Source: Octopus vulgaris
Taxonomy: Eukaryota
DNA length: 64,000 nt
Direction: 5' to 3'
Assembly: GCA_951406725.2 (NCBI GenBank)
Contig: OX597814.1
Location: 5,208,001 to 5,272,000, forward strand
Each line of letters starts with the position of its first letter. The first letter of the stretch is position 1. This document shows positions 61,531 through 64,000 of the stretch, one piece after another. The notes beneath the pieces were generated by a model. It searched no databases, was not told the origin of the DNA, and was given only the letters and a program-made list of their open reading frames with translations. A program made the position numbers and the translations under genes.

Positions 61531-63500
61531 TTCTCTTGGTTACACATCACTGAACAGCTTCCAGACGATTAATATCCTGGGCAAATCATAATAAGAGAGG
61601 AGGTGTAGAAGTTAAAAAGATTGCTTTCTTTGGTAAAATTCCCAGAGTAAAAAAAAAAAAGATAGAAGAGTTAGGTAGCTATAATACTGCAGAGAGTTAG
61701 TTAAACAATTTTAATTGAAAAAAACTGTTCTAAGTGACATTGGCTGGTTTTAAGGATAAAGCCAGACCCAACTAGACTGGACAAGACAGGGTGGTCACAT
61801 TCTAAGTAATGACATTACAAGAGAAGATATAGGAGGGTGCCCAGTAAGGCTCTGTGTTCAGCCTCCTGCTTTTATAACAGTTTTTGAGACAATAACATTG
61901 GAGTTAAGGAATAAATGTCTTTAAGAACTATTCTAAGTAAATGATTTCTTAAAGGCGGCGAGCTGGCAGAAACGTTAGCACGCTGGGCGAATTGCTGATC
62001 TTATAGTAAGAAAGTGAAAGACCTTGCAAGCGGGGCCCAGTTAGAATTTTCTTCTGGTTGAGTAACCCATCCCACTCAAAAGGTCCCTGAATAAAGGTTG
62101 TTTAAGGATGTTGAACAAAACAACAATGTTTCCAGAGGTAAATTATCCAAACCTCCAAGAATTCCTCTCAACACATGGCTATGATGCTCCCCCACTACTT
62201 CTGCTCGTGATCAGAGATGCACATATCATCAGCCACTTAAGGGACATGCTCAACTGGTTAAGGTCAAACAACTGACAAGCAAATCTGTGGTATTGAGCAG
62301 AATATTTGCTGTAGCCCATCTTTTTATACCAAGACAAAACAATGTACATGATAACACTTCCAATCAGTTAAGATCAGAAGCCATGAGGGCCACTGCCTGG
62401 TACTGCATCAGGGCAGCTATTATTATCATCATCATCATCATCATTAGTAGCAGTAGTAGTAAGGCAGTGAACTGGTAGAATCATGAGCTCACCGGGCAAA
62501 ATGCTTGGTGGTATTTCATCTGTTGCTATGTTCTGAGTTCAAATTCCACTGAGGTCAACTTTGCCTTTCATACTTTCAGGGTTGATAAATTAAGTACCAG
62601 TGAAACACTGGGGTCAATGTAATCACCCAATCCCCTGCCCACACATTTCAGGCCTTGTGTCTTTAATAGAAAGGATTATTATTATTAATATTATTATTAA
62701 AGGTTAGGCCGATGCCAGACCCCCTTGGCACCTGTGCAGGTGGCACGTAAAAAGCACCCACTACACTCGCGGAGTGGTTGGCGTTAGAAAGGGCATCCAG
62801 CGGTAGAAACACTGCCAGATTAGACTGGAGCCTGGTGCAGCCCCTGGCTTCCCAGACCCCGGTCGAACCGTCCAACCCGTGCTAGCGCGGAAAATGGATG
62901 TTAAACGATGATGATGATGATGTGGCTAGCTGGTGTGAATCATTAGCATGCTGGACGAAATGCTTAGCTATGTTCTCAGTTCAAATTCCGCCTGGGGTCG
63001 ATGCGATTGACTTACCCCTCCCCACAAATTTCAGGCCTTGTGCCTATAGTAGAAAGGATTATTATTATTATTATTATTAGCATTACTAAAAGTGGAAAGC
63101 TGGCAGAGTCATTAGCACACTGGGCGAAACGCTTAGCAGTATTTTGTCCGTCTTTACATTCTGAGTTCAAATTCTCCCAAAATTTCAGGCCTTGTGTCTA
63201 GAGCAGAAGGATTATAATTATTATTATAGTTATCGTTAAGGTGACGAGCTGACAGAATCGTCAGCACACTGAACGGAATGATTAGCAGTAGTTCATCTAT
63301 TTCTACGTTCTGAGTTCAAATTTTGCTGAAGTCGATTTGACCTTTCATCCTTTTGGGGTCAATAATGTAAGTGCTGGTCAAGCACTGGGCTGTAAGTAAT
63401 TGACTGGCCCCTTCCTCTGAAAAACTTCAGACCTTGTGCCAATAGTGAAAAGGATTATTAATATTATAATTGTTATGAATGAGGGGCAGGGTTATTATTA

Positions 63501-63641
63501 TTAGGTTGTCCCAAAAGTTCGTAAACACTTGCGAAAATTGAATTTTTACTCGCCAAGTATTAACAAAAACAACAAAAATTATTCCTCAAAATAAAGACCA
63601 TTATTTTCCAAGACTTTCTACGAACTTTTGAGACAACCTTA
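63501..63641. mobile_element. Mariner-type MITE
   Basis: TIRs AGGTTGTCCCAAAAGTTCGTA and TACGAACTTTTGAGACAACCT, flanked by TA. Confidence 0.75.
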
Positions 63642-63965
63642 TATCATTATAATTTTCTACTGTAGGTACAGGAACCTAGTACACAACTGGTACTTAATTT
63701 ATCGACCCTGAAAGGATGAAAGGCAAAGTCAACCTCGGCAGAATTTGAACTCAGAACATAACGGCAGACGAAATACCGCTAAGCACCTGGTGTGTTAAAG
63801 TTTCTGCCAGCTCGCCGCCTTTCTATATCCATATAATACGTGAACGATACAATATCGGTGACAGAGTTTGAACTTGTGATCTTCGAATCAGCATGAGGAG
63901 ATGAAACCACTTTACCATCCACCAACACGAAAAGTCTTTCTACAAATTAATCCAAAGCTACTTAC

Positions 63966-64000
63966 TTGTGATCATTGTCAATGCTATTTACATCAGCTCT
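63966..64000 (-). CDS. Ankyrin-repeat gene (ANKRD26/POTE-like), exon A, partial: ...RADVNSIDNDH(K)
   Basis: Ankyrin linker ADVNxxD. GTAAG donor at 63965-63961. Phase 2 matches the next exon. Confidence 0.75.

Noticed and set aside
62005-62415. Unclassified repeat-like segment with faint snRNA or ribozyme resemblance
   Set aside because: I could not fit it to U2 or to an HDV-like fold.

Overview
AT-rich, repeat-dense animal genomic DNA. The SINE, LINE and MITE repertoire suggests an octopus (inference from recognising the repeat families). One large spliced gene runs on the minus strand across the whole window. I could chain 14 GT-AG exons (63966-64000 down to 4707-5038, about 784 codons, both ends outside the window) with consistent phase at every junction. 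The protein has C-terminal ankyrin repeats of ANKRD26/POTE type, then a long acidic low-complexity region. That region carries an EPIYA tyrosine motif, several (S/N)DWDS motifs and a two-exon phase 0-0 module that aligns without gaps to the talin rod R6 bundle. Introns hold tRNA-derived SINEs, CR1/RTE/CRE-like LINE fragments, two solo LTRs with 4-bp TSDs, Helitron-like and piggyBac/mariner-like MITEs, young tandem arrays grown from SINEs, long foldbacks, and a family of tRNA-headed elements carrying minimal hammerhead ribozymes. Most ORF-track ORFs are repeat artefacts. Protein family calls rest on remembered sequences, not on searches.
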